From: Squalus acanthias
Lineage: Eukaryota
Direction: 5' to 3'
NCBI GenBank assembly: GCA_030390025.1
Contig: CM059432.1
Coordinates: 98,706,001-98,770,000, forward strand
DNA length: 64,000 nt
The notes beneath the pieces were generated by a model, which was given only the letters and a program-made list of their open reading frames with translations, was not told the DNA's origin and did not search any database. The position numbers were made by a program, and so were the translations under genes. Positions 39,125-48,949 of this stretch are shown here, one piece after another. Position 1 is the first letter of the stretch. Each line of letters begins with the position of its first letter.

Positions 39125-40384
39125 TTAAATTCTGAGAAGGCTGCTGCGAGCTCTTCCCGACGGTGGGAGGGCACTGACCCTTCCCTCTGATCTGCCGCAG
39201 CCTGTTGCTGCGCTGACCCTTTCCTCTGATCTGCCGCAGCCTGTTGCTGCGCTGACCCTTTCCTCTGATCTGCCGCAGCCTGTTGCTGCGCTGACCCTTT
39301 CCTCTGATCTGCCGCAGCCTGTTACTGCTGCGATGTGGCCTGTCTCTACCCGGGTTATCTTAACCTGAAGTCTACGCCTTGGGGCAGTCTGGGGACATGA
39401 CCACATCCTCCTAGGCTGGGGTTCTCTACTTGACCTACGGGGAGTTGCTATGGGCGGGGGTTCCGTGACGGACGGACCGGGTTCCGAGACCTCCAACGGG
39501 ATGACCTGGGGTTCCATCACAGTCGCCGGCTCCGCCTCCGCTGACTCCGCCTCCCTAACCTCGGGGCTGGCAGTTCGTGGCTCCGCCCTGCTCGGCCCAG
39601 CAGGCGGCCCTTCACTCGTGATCTCTGCCTCCCCTGAGGACTGGACGTTCAAGGCGGGCGGCCACATCTCTGGGAGCCACATTGGTACTCTCTGTGCTCC
39701 TATAGCGGCTGGCCCTGCCTCCTCTAGCTCCTCCCTCCTGTCCTCGGGACCTGCAGCTTGTGTGTCCACCCTGTGTGGATCTCTACCTATCGGCCCCATT
39801 CCCCCCAGACCGTTCCTCAGGAACCACCCGTCATCATCACTATGCTCATCTGCACTATCCTCATCTGACCAGGGTACCCTGGGTTCTTCGTCATCTAACC
39901 CCCAACTCCAGAAAAACGCTGCATGATCGTCCGGGATGTCCCTTCCTCTGATGCAAGCTGCTATGCCTGCCTGTGTGCCTTGTGGTCCTACCTGGGGCTG
40001 TGCTTTCCCACTCGCAGGTCTGGCCCCTCCCTTAAGACAGGCCACCGCCCCTGCTTGTTTCTGTGAAATCTCACCTGCTGGAGGCTGCAGATTTCTATCC
40101 TGTTTTAAATACTCATACTCCCTGCTCCTGGCTACCCTGTAGGCTGTTTTTATCTCTCTAAGCTGCCCTTCTAGCCTGAGCACGTCTAACTTTCCCATTG
40201 ATCGGGCGTTCTCCTCCCGCAGGGCCTGCTCTCTAAGCTGCCCTTCCAGCCTATCTATTTTCCCTATTAAGCGGGCGTTCTCCTCCCGCAAGGCCTGCTC
40301 TTTTAACCTGGCCTCCTCACCGCAGACCCCCTCCTGTGCGTGTCTTTTAAAAGGACACAGGTAGGCAGGCTGCGTGGGCTCTAG
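39125..40384 (-). CDS. ORF2 of unknown function in the pol position, in frame with gag via a UGA-CUAG stop
   Basis: 419 open codons directly after the gag TGA: coiled-coil repeats, acidic WSDEDSADEHSDDDGWF patch, Pro/Glu-rich region, 13-aa repeats. No protease, RT or integrase motifs. Confidence 0.75.
   Translation of the reverse strand, partial: LEPTQPAYLCPFKRHAQEGVCGEEARLKEQALREENARLIGKIDRLEGQLREQALREENARSMGKLDVLRLEGQLREIKTAYRVARSREYEYLKQDRNLQPPAGEISQKQAGAVACLKGGARPASGKAQPQVGPQGTQAGIAACIRGRDIPDDHAAFFWSWGLDDEEPRVPWSDEDSADEHSDDDGWFLRNGLGGMGPIGRDPHRVDTQAAGPEDRREELEEAGPAAIGAQRVPMWLPEMWPPALNVQSSGEAEITSEGPPAGPSRAEPRTASPEVREAESAEAEPATVMEPQVIPLEVSEPGPSVTEPPPIATPRRSSREPQPRRMWSCPQTAPRRRLQVKITRVETGHIAAVTGCGRSEERVSAATGCGRSEERVSAATGCGRSEERVSAATGCGRSEGRVSALPPSGRARSSLLRI
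39174..39326 (-). repeat. 39-bp coding tandem repeat, ~4 copies (TGCGRSEERVSAA)
   Basis: Plus-strand unit CTGACCCTTTCCTCTGATCTGCCGCAGCCTGTTGCTGCG. Confidence 0.95.
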
Positions 40385-42196
40385 TCATGGGGCACTATTA
40401 GACGGTCCTGCGGCACCTACGGGGCCGGTTGCGACCGCCACCTGTCCACGCGCATTCAAAACCAGCTTGCGCATGGCTCCTAACACTGCTTCGAGGTCGT
40501 CGGGAGGGGTGGGTGCCTTGGCTTCCTTAGCCGGGACAGGCGCCTGGGTTCGGACCGCGGGATTTTTATCCTTGGAATCCTTCCAAGGGTTCCTGCAGTG
40601 CTTGCGCCAGTGCCCTGTCTTCCCACACCCGTAACAGGCATTACTTGCCTGTGGGGCGCGATTACCCTCCTGATGCCACTCTCTTTGAGCCGGGGCTGCG
40701 GGTCGTACCTCATGTACTCTTCCCTTAAAGGGACGTGTCGTCATACCCCTTATGTTACGGTAACCTAACGTGAGTCGATTCAAGACCGACTCTTCCGTAA
40801 GGTTGAGGTCATTGGGATCGAACCAGGCTTTTGCCTGCTCTCTAACGGCTGGTAAACTGTTGGCTATTATGCACCTAAGCCAATGAATTAGAGCGGCGCC
40901 TTCCACATCTTCGCGCTCGGGCGCACCTAGACAGCTGCGCTCATATACTGGCCACAGCCTGTCGGCAAAAACCTTCGGGGGTTCTCCCTCCATCTGCACT
41001 GTCTGTCCCACTCTAGCAAACGGACCTCCGTCGTTCGCCCCCACTACTTCTAGGACCTCATTTTTCAATTCCTCATAACTTTTGTTTCCCCTCTTGCTCT
41101 CGCCTGAGAGGCACTGAAGGACCGAGCTGTCTAACGAGAACAGCAGCATTTTTGCTGTCTCCCCATCATCGCAGCCGTTAATGGCTGCGGCTTGCTCAAC
41201 TTCCCTGAAATGTACGGAAGGGTCGTCTATCTCGGTCAGCTTCCGTACGTGATTTATCATAGCTCTCAGCTGATGTGAACTGTGAGGCAACACCAGCTGT
41301 CCGAGGAGATCCCCCGGTTCTTCCGCACCGTTTCTGCTCAGGCCCCTTTTAATACCCGTTACTGGATACAACGATCCCTTTTTTACCTCCTTTTCAATGG
41401 GCTCTTTTGTTTCTTCCGTTGCTTCCTCCCTAACCCAGGTTTCTGAATAGCTGGGTGGCGCGGAGGGCGCAGTGGCTACTACTTCTGCTGCTTTACTTGG
41501 TGGGGAATTTCTAAATCTCTCATTTACTAGCGGCTGGTGCGCCGACGGATTGATAAGGCACACCATGCCGTTCGCATTATTCACGGCCTTTTTGAGGCTC
41601 TCTATCTCCCTTTGGCAGGCGCTATGGTCGGCTCCCTGAAACTTATCCTCAAGGGCCAACTTATACGCCGACCTAACCCCCATTAAGCTCTCTTCTTGAG
41701 TTCTTATCTGGGCAGCTTGGCGGTTACATCTTTCCTTTAACCTACTCTCATTCAATTTTGCTTCAGTGACCTGGCACTCGAGATACTCTATCCTTGTTTT
41801 AAGGTAACTGGAGACTTCCTGGCTTTCCTGGTGTAACTCATTTAAATTCTTAATGAGCACCTCCCCTCCAGAAACCTTCTCCTCCATTTCTCCCTCTAAA
41901 TGGCTGACACGAGCTGTTAGCGCTGTAATGGTCTGGTTTGAAATCTGAACCTGCCTTTTGTAGCACATAAGCCAGACTGCTTTCTCAACTGCCTTTTTAT
42001 GTTCCTTACTATCAGTCCACCTTTCAGCTGCCTCTAGTGGGCTCTTATCCGCTAACAATTCACTTATCCACTTCTTAGTTAGATTAACCTTTCCAAACAC
42101 ATAATCCGCTATCTTTTCCTGCATAACATTTCGTACAGTCATTCCAAAATCTAACACACTACCCTCTCGCTGCCAGTGTCCTGCCGCGGTCGCCAT
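40385..42196 (-). CDS. gag: Gag polyprotein (603 aa)
   Basis: N-terminal coiled coil, PSAPPSY late domain, capsid MHR-like QMEGEPPKVFADRL, zinc knuckle CYGCGKTGHWRKHC (40595-40636). Confidence 0.93.
   Translation of the reverse strand: MATAAGHWQREGSVLDFGMTVRNVMQEKIADYVFGKVNLTKKWISELLADKSPLEAAERWTDSKEHKKAVEKAVWLMCYKRQVQISNQTITALTARVSHLEGEMEEKVSGGEVLIKNLNELHQESQEVSSYLKTRIEYLECQVTEAKLNESRLKERCNRQAAQIRTQEESLMGVRSAYKLALEDKFQGADHSACQREIESLKKAVNNANGMVCLINPSAHQPLVNERFRNSPPSKAAEVVATAPSAPPSYSETWVREEATEETKEPIEKEVKKGSLYPVTGIKRGLSRNGAEEPGDLLGQLVLPHSSHQLRAMINHVRKLTEIDDPSVHFREVEQAAAINGCDDGETAKMLLFSLDSSVLQCLSGESKRGNKSYEELKNEVLEVVGANDGGPFARVGQTVQMEGEPPKVFADRLWPVYERSCLGAPEREDVEGAALIHWLRCIIANSLPAVREQAKAWFDPNDLNLTEESVLNRLTLGYRNIRGMTTRPFKGRVHEVRPAAPAQREWHQEGNRAPQASNACYGCGKTGHWRKHCRNPWKDSKDKNPAVRTQAPVPAKEAKAPTPPDDLEAVLGAMRKLVLNARGQVAVATGPVGAAGPSNSAP
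42178..42195 (-). promoter_or_regulatory. Primer-binding site, tRNA-Arg(TCG)
   Basis: TGGCGACCGCGGCAGGAC lies 5 nt after the 5' LTR and is complementary to the vertebrate tRNA-Arg-TCG 3' end GTCCTGCCGCGGTCG-CCA as I recall it. Confidence 0.85.
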
Positions 42197-42200
42197 TTTC

Positions 42201-43764
42201 TGTAAGGGATTCCCCTGACCCTGCGTGTCTCGTAGCCTGTGAGATTCACGCGGCTCTGTGCAGCCTGTATGTCAGTGCGGGTCTAGGCCTGGTTGCCTGT
42301 TCTGGTCTCCAGCCAGTCTGGGAACACTAGACACACCTGTGAGTGGTTCGAATCACTCTCCCTTACGGTTCTAGACACTGGACTTAGATGCGAGAGCAGT
42401 AATGGAGATAAAACTCATGTAGACTTGGTTTGAATGGTACGAAATGGAAAATCTTTATTGCATGATACTTAAAATTATGAAATACATGTCATAAGCACAG
42501 ATTAATGACAGTACAATCTTACAAACGGTTATATAGTCGATCTTAGGGAAACGAGGAACGAACGGCACAACGTAAATAGGGGCACACATTACAAATATCC
42601 TTAATCTTTAAACCCTCCCCTATCAATATCTATCCTAAACTAGCTTCGTAGGATCTCGAGACTCATGCTCACCACTCGTGATAACTCGGAGAAATTCCGA
42701 ATAGCTGATCGGATGTTTTTCACCGCAGCACCCACGTGTCGGTCAGGAGATCTCCTGGTCCCACTTGTTTACTTGCTTCTGCTGCTCCGGCTAGTAGGCT
42801 GGACCGTCTGCTGTGGTGAAGACCTCGTGGCGATGGATATGGTCTTCTTCTCTCATCTCATCTCATCTCATCTCATCTCATCTCATCTCGGGCCTTTGGT
42901 TCCGCTGCCAGTTACCAACATAGGTCTTCGTTACGCGACACGAGGTAGATCCGAACGGATCAGAAAGTTCAACAGTCTTTTCAGAAGAGGCAACAGGCAC
43001 GCAGAAGCCCAACTACGAGTACACAGGAGCAGCCACGAGGTTACGAATCGACCGGATAAAACACAGGAGCAATCGAGCGAACGCAGGAGCACGAACAAGA
43101 GCACGAGGCCAGAGGCAAGAGACAAGAGAGCGAGTGGACGGTTTGGGGCCTGCAATTATAGTGCAAAAATCTTCCGTTTCCCGCCCAACTATAATGTCCA
43201 TTCTTTTGTTTAGGGTTTGGCGCCCAAATGTCTTGTATGGGTGATCTCCGTCCTTAATGGGTTTCGGGGCTACTCATGAATGTTTGAGTACCTGTTAATA
43301 TTTCTCCCATTGTTAAATCGGTCGGTGTTCTCCCTGGAGGGGTTTGGGGCTTCCAAGTGTCCTGTATAACTACCTGCTAACGGCTCTCTCATCGTAGAGT
43401 CGTTGGGAGTTTACATATTAATGTCCTTTGGATGGGCCCTTGATTACTCGGTACAATGGCTTTCCTTTGTACCTGGGAGACCGATTCCAGTATCTATGTT
43501 TATACTGTAAACCCATAATGTCTCGTGTATTATCTTCACTGTGCTGAATCGTTATCGATCTTGAAAAAAACGTTTAATGGAACGCCATCTTGTCTGCCTG
43601 TTGAAAAGTCTAGAATGTTCTGTCACGAGGTGCGGCGGCCATTTTACAGGCTGCTTGTGTCCAATTTAAACCTGTCAGCATTCTGCTGAAATAAAAGCTG
43701 TTTGAACGAAACTTTGTGTTTTCTCCTTATTAATCAAATCGCGATATATATTGCGAATTCTACA
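42201..43764 (-). repeat. 5' LTR (1564 bp)
   Basis: Matches the 3' LTR; the only difference I saw by eye is an extra CC in the C-run at 42212-42215. Confidence 0.96.
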
Positions 43765-46699
43765 GCTGAACCATGAGAGGGATGTTGGTGGCAGACAACA
43801 AGGAAGTGGGGGCTCCTCTCCAAGCGCTCACATGACCATGCCACTGCAAAGCCCTTGGTCAAGCCCCACCAGAGTCCTCACCCAACTGAGATGGGCGTCT
43901 TAGCCCCTGCACAGCCACAGGAGCAGCAAACTGTTGCCGAGCCCTCACAGGTTCGCAACCCCAGAGAATGGCTGCCAAAGGTGTCGAGACAGGACCAGCA
44001 AGAAAGTGAGCAAGGGGCCTCCACATCTGCTGAAGCCACAGGGGAAGCACCATGTAGGAGCACGCGTAAGAGGAAGATAAAGCACAAGTAGTCACAAGGG
44101 TAGTCACTTGGGTGTTGTGATGTATTGTTTTTTGACCAGCCATCCTTGTCATGGTATCATAAACAGATTTGATGGAAAACTGTTGAAGTTGTGGCCTGTG
44201 TCATTTGGCAAATGGGACTTCCACATTGAGGGCTTAGGGCGACTTGCAATTGTCAGTATGGTGGTCAGAGTAATAGGAATCCGCAGGTTCTTGTCCATTG
44301 TCGATGGTCTGGTAAGAAGGTGCGAGGCAAAAGTTGATTGTGCAGGCTAAGCAAATCTGACCAACATGAGTGCGTCCCTTGCATCCCGGCCAGCAATGTG
44401 GTCGCGCGCTGGCGCCTTCTGACCTGTGCAACTTCAGGTGGGTGAGCAGCAGCTTGGCACTCCTGTTGTTGCTGCGGCTGTTGGTGCTGCTGTTGCTCAT
44501 GGGTCTGCTGCTGCCACAGCTGGTCTTCGTCCGAATCTGATGTCCAGGAGGAAAGGAAATAAATGTTCGCTATGCTTCTGGTATATGCCTCAGTTGAGGA
44601 AGTGCTCAGTCAAGGTGGGGAGAGGGGTTTCCCAGCAGGTCACACTGGAGATGGGTGTCAGGCTCCAAACTTCCACAACAATGATTATGCCTGCTAAAAG
44701 CTCCCCAGACCTGAGACAACAAGGTTCTGCCACCTGCAAGTGATCATTGGTGAAAACTCCTTTTTAATGGTGGAGCTGCAGCTGTTAGTAAGCAATCCAC
44801 TTGTAAGGCCGTCAGGATTACCTGGCGTGTTCCAGAGGAGGCGTGAAGGATGGGGGAAATGTCTAAAAATCAGAAAGGCCTCTGAAAATGGGATTATAGA
44901 TGCAATTAAGTGGTTGTTAAGGGCCTTAAGGGCCTATCCCGCCTCTTGGAGGTGGGATGGAAATGGGGTCTGAAAACACGAATGTGGGAAAATTGCTCGG
45001 AGGCGGGATGAAGGCGGGATCAGGCCTGCCCGCCATTTTTTGTGATTTTGACAACTCACACGCCTCCAAACTCATCTCCTCGTGCCTGGGAAAATCGAGC
45101 CCATAGAGTACAAAAGCAAGGAAGTTATGCTCCTTTATAAAACACTGGTTAGGCCCCAACTAGTGTATTGTGGCCAATTCACAGTTTATGAAGGATGTCA
45201 AGGCCTTAGAGAGGGTGCAGAGGAGATTTACTAGAATGGTACCAGGGATGAAAGGCTTTAGTTACGTGGAGAAACTAGAGAAACTGGGGTTATTCTCCTT
45301 TGAACAGAGAAGGTTAAGGGGAGATTTGATAGAGGTGTTCAAAATCATGAAGGGTTTTGATAGAGTTAATAAGTAGAAACTGTTTCCAGTGGCAGAAGGG
45401 TTGGTAACCAGAGGACACAGATTTAAGGTAATTGGCAAAAGACCGAGAGGCGACATGAGGAAAAACAAATTTACACAGCGAGTTCTTATGATCTGGAATG
45501 CACTGCCTGAAAGGGTGGTGGAAGCAGGTTCAATAATAACTTTGAAAAAGGAATTGGATAAATACTTGAAGTGGAAAAGATTGCAGGTGTATGGGGAAAG
45601 AGCAGGGGAGTGCGACTAATTGGATAGCTCCATGAAAGAGCTGGCACAGACACGATGGGCCAAATGGCCTCCATCTGTGCTGTATCATTCTATGATTCTA
45701 TGAAATTCCCTCCAGCCTGTAGGGCCACCCAAGGCCTTGTTTTCTCCACATTTCACTACCATGCGAGAGACTCAGTAACCATAGTTACTTTTCCAGTAAA
45801 CATGGAATTTGCACATGTGCAGGAACAGTAATGTGGCCTGAAACTTAGCTTTGCATTCTTGCAGGCATGCTGCAGTGCTGACCTACAAAATGGTGTTGTT
45901 CAGTGGGACAGAGGGAAATGCTCCTCGTAATCATTCAATGCAGCATCAACTCAACTTCAGCAGCCACACCGTCACTTGTCTGCAGATTGACTCCTGCACC
46001 TATGGGCCCTTTTCCCTTCATCCTGAACTGCCACTTCTTAATCCGATACCCCTTCAGCCCTGGAAAAGGTTGCTGATGTGTCGAGGTGTCTTTTAATGCT
46101 CTCCAGAAGATTTCTAAATTTTTGTTGCCCTCCTTATAACACACCCTTAATCCCTTTAAATTTCAGTTACACACATTCTTTGTTTCTTACAAGTGGAGTC
46201 ATTCCTAGAACCATCAGAGTTTGCACATGGAATTGTGAATCATTATGCAATATCATTAGATATGAAAATTGCATGTTATTAGCACCTAAGGGTCCAATAT
46301 GGTGGGTAGCACATGCGCCCATCCTGCACTGGATGTACACCGCCCACCATATTGGATTGGACACCCCCAGATGTGTACAGGGCGCATGCCAGAAGTATTC
46401 AAAAAACATTATTATAATATTAAAATATGGGTCCTACGCTGGTTGTAGGACCTCTTTATGAAATTGGTCTGTCCCAGTGCCTGACTGGCCATATGATATA
46501 CTCACCCAACAACCCATAACTCATGGCACTAACAGGCAGCGAGGACCCTGCAGCAGCGCTACTTAAAGACCTCATCCACCCCTTACAGGTTATTTGCTGG
46601 TTTGTGCTGTAAACCTCTGGGGAACTTTTTGACTATTTTCTCTGTTTCATTATTGATGTATGAATTCTGGGAACAACTTGCTGGTGCTGGAATGCTTGT

Positions 46700-48830
46700 C
46701 TGGCTTGGAAATCTTTTATTTCACTCATGTGTGTTCTGTTAGTTCAGCTTTTCGGGCTGGGGGATGAGGGGGCGCAGCACAGTAGACAGGTGCTTCTGGG
46801 AGAGGAGAGAGGAAGAGGGCACTGCACCCACAGCGGGTCTTTAGGGAACAGTTTTACTATTTCAACCCGACTGAGGCTCCTACACTTTAATAAAGAGGCT
46901 GTAATGGATCTCTGTCACCTGCTGCAGCCTCGAACCAGGGTGTGGGCAGCCTGTGGCTCTTAACTTTTACTCCACGGGGTCATTCCAGGCTGCAGCAGGT
47001 GAAGTCAATGACATCCCCCAGTTCACTGTGCATGCTGTATAAAGGAGGTGACCAAGCTTCTCTACTCCAGGAGGAACACCTACATCTCCTTCCCAAAGAA
47101 CCGTGTGAAGCAGGACAAGAGAGCACTATGCTTTGCATGCATTTCAGGCTTCCTCAGTGTCCAAGGGGTAATAGAATGCACTCACATTGCCCTGAATGCT
47201 CCTCATCACCAGCCAGGCACCTTCCGCAAAAAAAAGGGATACCTCTCCCTCAACATGCAGCACATTTGCAACCACAGATTTAGACATAATGTAGGTCTAT
47301 GCCCGGTTTCTTGGCAGAAGCCATGATGCTTTCATCCTGCTCCAGTCCTTTGTGCCACCTTTAGGTCAAGTTACAGGCTGCTACTTAGTAATAAAGGATA
47401 TCGCCTCCAGACATGGCTCATGACTCCTGTCAGGAACCCGGGCACAGATGCAGAGCTGGTCTACAATAAGAGCCATGCTCCCACCAGAAATCGTACTGAG
47501 CAGACTATAGTCATGTTCATACCTTGGTTCTGCTGCCTGGGCTGTTCTGGTGGAGCTCTGTAGTAAGCCCATGACTGTATCTTCAAAAATGTCATTGTGT
47601 GCTGTGTGCTGTATGCGTCATTTTGCAATACAGAAGCTGCCGTCAACCCGCCCCCATGCGCCATTCCCTCGGGCGCGTCTGCCAGTGCAGCAGAGACCCG
47701 AACGGCAGAGGCGGGCGACCTAATTCAAATCATTAAGAGGTACTTGTCTTACCCTTAAGCGCCTTTTTAACCCTACCTTTCAAATTTACCTGGATGCTCA
47801 CGGGAAACACGTGCTCAGGAAACACGTCTGTCAACCTAAGGCGGGAGTTCTGTGCCCATTGCTTCAGCTGATTAGTTGACAGCATGAAATGTACTATAAA
47901 AGCTCCCACCTGACAGCTGATCACTTTCCTCAGGTAGAAGCTGTTGCTGACTGCATTCCCAGCACATATTTAACTTTCTGCAGTCTGCAAGTCTTTCCAG
48001 TAAAGTCTCCAACCAGTGTCACCTCATTGGAAGAACCTTTCTCACTATTAACAGAATGCTTCTCTCATCTCTACTTGACCTGCCATCTATTCCATCAGCA
48101 TGGGTGCCATTTATATGGTCTCACCTTGGTCCTCAGAATTGGACCATGATATGCCCCAACACCAGCAGCACCAGGCACACCAGTAGCACCAACAACAACA
48201 CTACCAACCTTCTCTTCAACCACCTGAAGCTACACAGGACAGAGGGCATCAGCATAGGGTTGCACCGGGCCAGAGGCAATACCCCCAACACAGGGTATAC
48301 AGGCAGAGGATGAGCTTCCTCAACATGACTGAGCACCAGTGCCAAAGGAGGCTCAGGCTATTGCGCAGGTTATCGCAGACATTTGCACATTGCTTGAGCA
48401 AGACCTGCAGCCCAGATGAGCGGATGGACACGCCTTACCAGTGACTGTCAAAGTCACCAGTGCCCTCAACTTGTTTGCCTCAGGCTCCTTTTAGGGATCT
48501 GCAGCAGACCTTTGCAGCATCTCTCAGTCGGCTGCCCACAGATGCATCACACAGGTCACCGATGCCCTGTTTGACAAGTCAGCCAATTATATCAACTTTG
48601 CCACTGATGAAGCCACTGTTACTGAGCGGTCGCTTGGCTTTGCCATTCTAGCAGCCTTCCCATGAGTGCAGGGCATCATCGACTTCACACATGGCCATCA
48701 GGGCACCCCATCATAACCCAAGAGTCTTTGCCAACCGCAAGGGCTTCCACGCCCTCAATGTGAAGCTCGTCTGCAACCATAGAAAGACCGCCTGCACCCG
48801 ACCCGCCCAGGTAACGAGAATTCCAGCCTC
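46700..48830 (+). mobile_element. Two tandem degenerate Harbinger transposase remnants (boundaries approximate)
   Basis: GFLSVQGVIECTHIAL...KKGYLSLNMQHICNH at ~47140-47280; second copy YRQRMSFLNMTEHQC...LPVTVKVTSALN...[14 protein letters not shown] at ~48290-48785. Confidence 0.75.
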
Positions 48831-48949
48831 AGTCCCAGTCCAATTCGAGGCTCCTTAACTGGTGAGCTGCAGGCAGAAAATGAGCACCTGGGTTAGCCTA
48901 CCAGTTCTGGGCTGCCGCAGTATGGCTGGTCTGGCAAAGCCTCCAGGTC

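Larger units (their letters stand above)
34500..43764 (-). mobile_element. Recent endogenous LTR provirus, gag-ORF2-env, lacking pol (lokiretrovirus-like or env-bearing Ty3/gypsy-like)
   Basis: Two TG...CA LTRs, TSD GCTG (34496-34499 / 43765-43768), PBS, PPT, three long open frames. Confidence 0.95.
32858..44091 (+). pseudogene. Harbinger Myb/SANT-like DNA-binding protein gene, 3 exons; exon 3 interrupted by the provirus
   Basis: Exon 1 APRFNEPSLQALVE...WLQVAQEVN...RTWLQCRKRFHDLLRTGK then GTGAGT. Exon 2 (~33420-33579) EKRAHNKRERAMTGGGP with an internal stop. Exon 3 from ~33736, resuming after 43768 and ending RKRKIKHK. Confidence 0.8.
32578..45102 (+). mobile_element. Non-autonomous Harbinger (~3.26 kb excluding the provirus) carrying a Myb/SANT-like gene
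   Basis: Perfect TIR GGGCTCGATTTT / AAAATCGAGCCC with ATA TSD, splitting a CR1 RT reading frame. Confidence 0.92.
26335..45702 (+). mobile_element. One CR1 LINE split into five pieces by later insertions (~26335-26821, 27567-27940, 28253-28442, 32328-32577, 45103-45702)
   Basis: The pieces follow ORF2 order (LDLVLGNE ... SKFADG ... GFINRDI|EYKSKEV ... RRLRGDLIEVFKI) and end in a (TTCTATGA)n tail. Confidence 0.8.
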
